The position numbers were made by a program, and so were the translations under genes. This document shows positions 63,690 through 64,000 of a stretch of DNA of 64,000 nt, in pieces (the first letter of the stretch is position 1; each line of letters opens with the position of its first letter). The notes beneath the pieces were generated by a model. The model worked only from the letters and a program-made list of their open reading frames with translations, did not search any database and was not told the origin of the DNA. This DNA comes from Patescibacteria group bacterium. Its GTDB lineage: Bacteria > Patescibacteriota > Patescibacteriia > Patescibacteriales > UBA12465. The stretch lies in NCBI GenBank assembly GCA_028687275.1, contig JAQUAK010000002.1, forward strand, positions 70,102-134,101, in the 5' to 3' direction.

Positions 63690-63935
63690 ATGAAAACTGC
63701 TGAACAAAGAATCAATAATATAATCGGACAGTTGGAGGGGATAAAGAAAATGATGCTTAATTCGCCGGATGATTGTTTCGCTCTCTTAACCCAAATGAAG
63801 GCTATTAAATCAGCCGTTTCTTCTTTAACTGAAAAAATCTTATCATCAGAATTTGATCGTTGTTTAGGTGGTCGTTTGGCTCCAGAAAAAAGATTAAAAA
63901 TGGAGGGCTTATTTAGAGAAATAATTAAAAAATAA
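63690..63935 (+). CDS. CsoR/RcnR/FrmR-family metal-sensing transcriptional repressor
   Basis: RINNIIGQLEGIKKMM...DDCFALLTQMKAIKSAV is the DUF156 pattern with the conserved Cys. Track start GTG 63660 lies inside the promoter, so ATG 63690 is preferred. Confidence 0.7.
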   Translation: MKTAEQRINNIIGQLEGIKKMMLNSPDDCFALLTQMKAIKSAVSSLTEKILSSEFDRCLGGRLAPEKRLKMEGLFREIIKK

Positions 63936-64000
63936 TATAGAAATAATAAACACAGCTTATTTATACTAATACTGTAAAAAGCTGTAACAAAACTATGGGT

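Overview
AT-rich bacterial chromosome segment with standard genetic code (TGA is a stop). It is probably from a small-genome Patescibacteria/CPR-like lineage: none of the eight tRNAs encodes CCA, there are many TrbC/VirB2-like pilin paralogs, and a bacterial Elp3 is present. The window covers the replication-origin neighbourhood (rpmH-rnpA-yidD-yidC on the minus strand, dnaA-dnaN on the plus strand, with DnaA-box-like 9-mers and an AT tract in the dnaA-dnaN spacer). Housekeeping genes include smc, rplS, ppsA, lgt, lspA, trxB, PBP1A, glyA, folD, recQ, plsC and a PMM/PGM. Four things stand out. (1) A ~10.9 kb integrative island in tRNA-Val (2629-13523) is bounded by a 21-bp direct repeat. It carries int/xis, a C5-methyltransferase with an HpaII-like endonuclease, an AlbA_2/Schlafen-like protein, two uncharacterised tightly coupled operons and two candidate structured RNAs. 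(2) Nine copies of a parS-like palindrome (TGTTCTACGNAGAACA) form a dense array in one non-coding gap, 3-5 kb from dnaA/oriC. (3) The SMC protein has canonical heads but no recognisable hinge, and its arms carry mirrored duplicated motifs. (4) Six tandem pilin-like paralogs sit together, with a seventh elsewhere. All calls come from reading the ORF translations and the DNA by eye; no database search was run.
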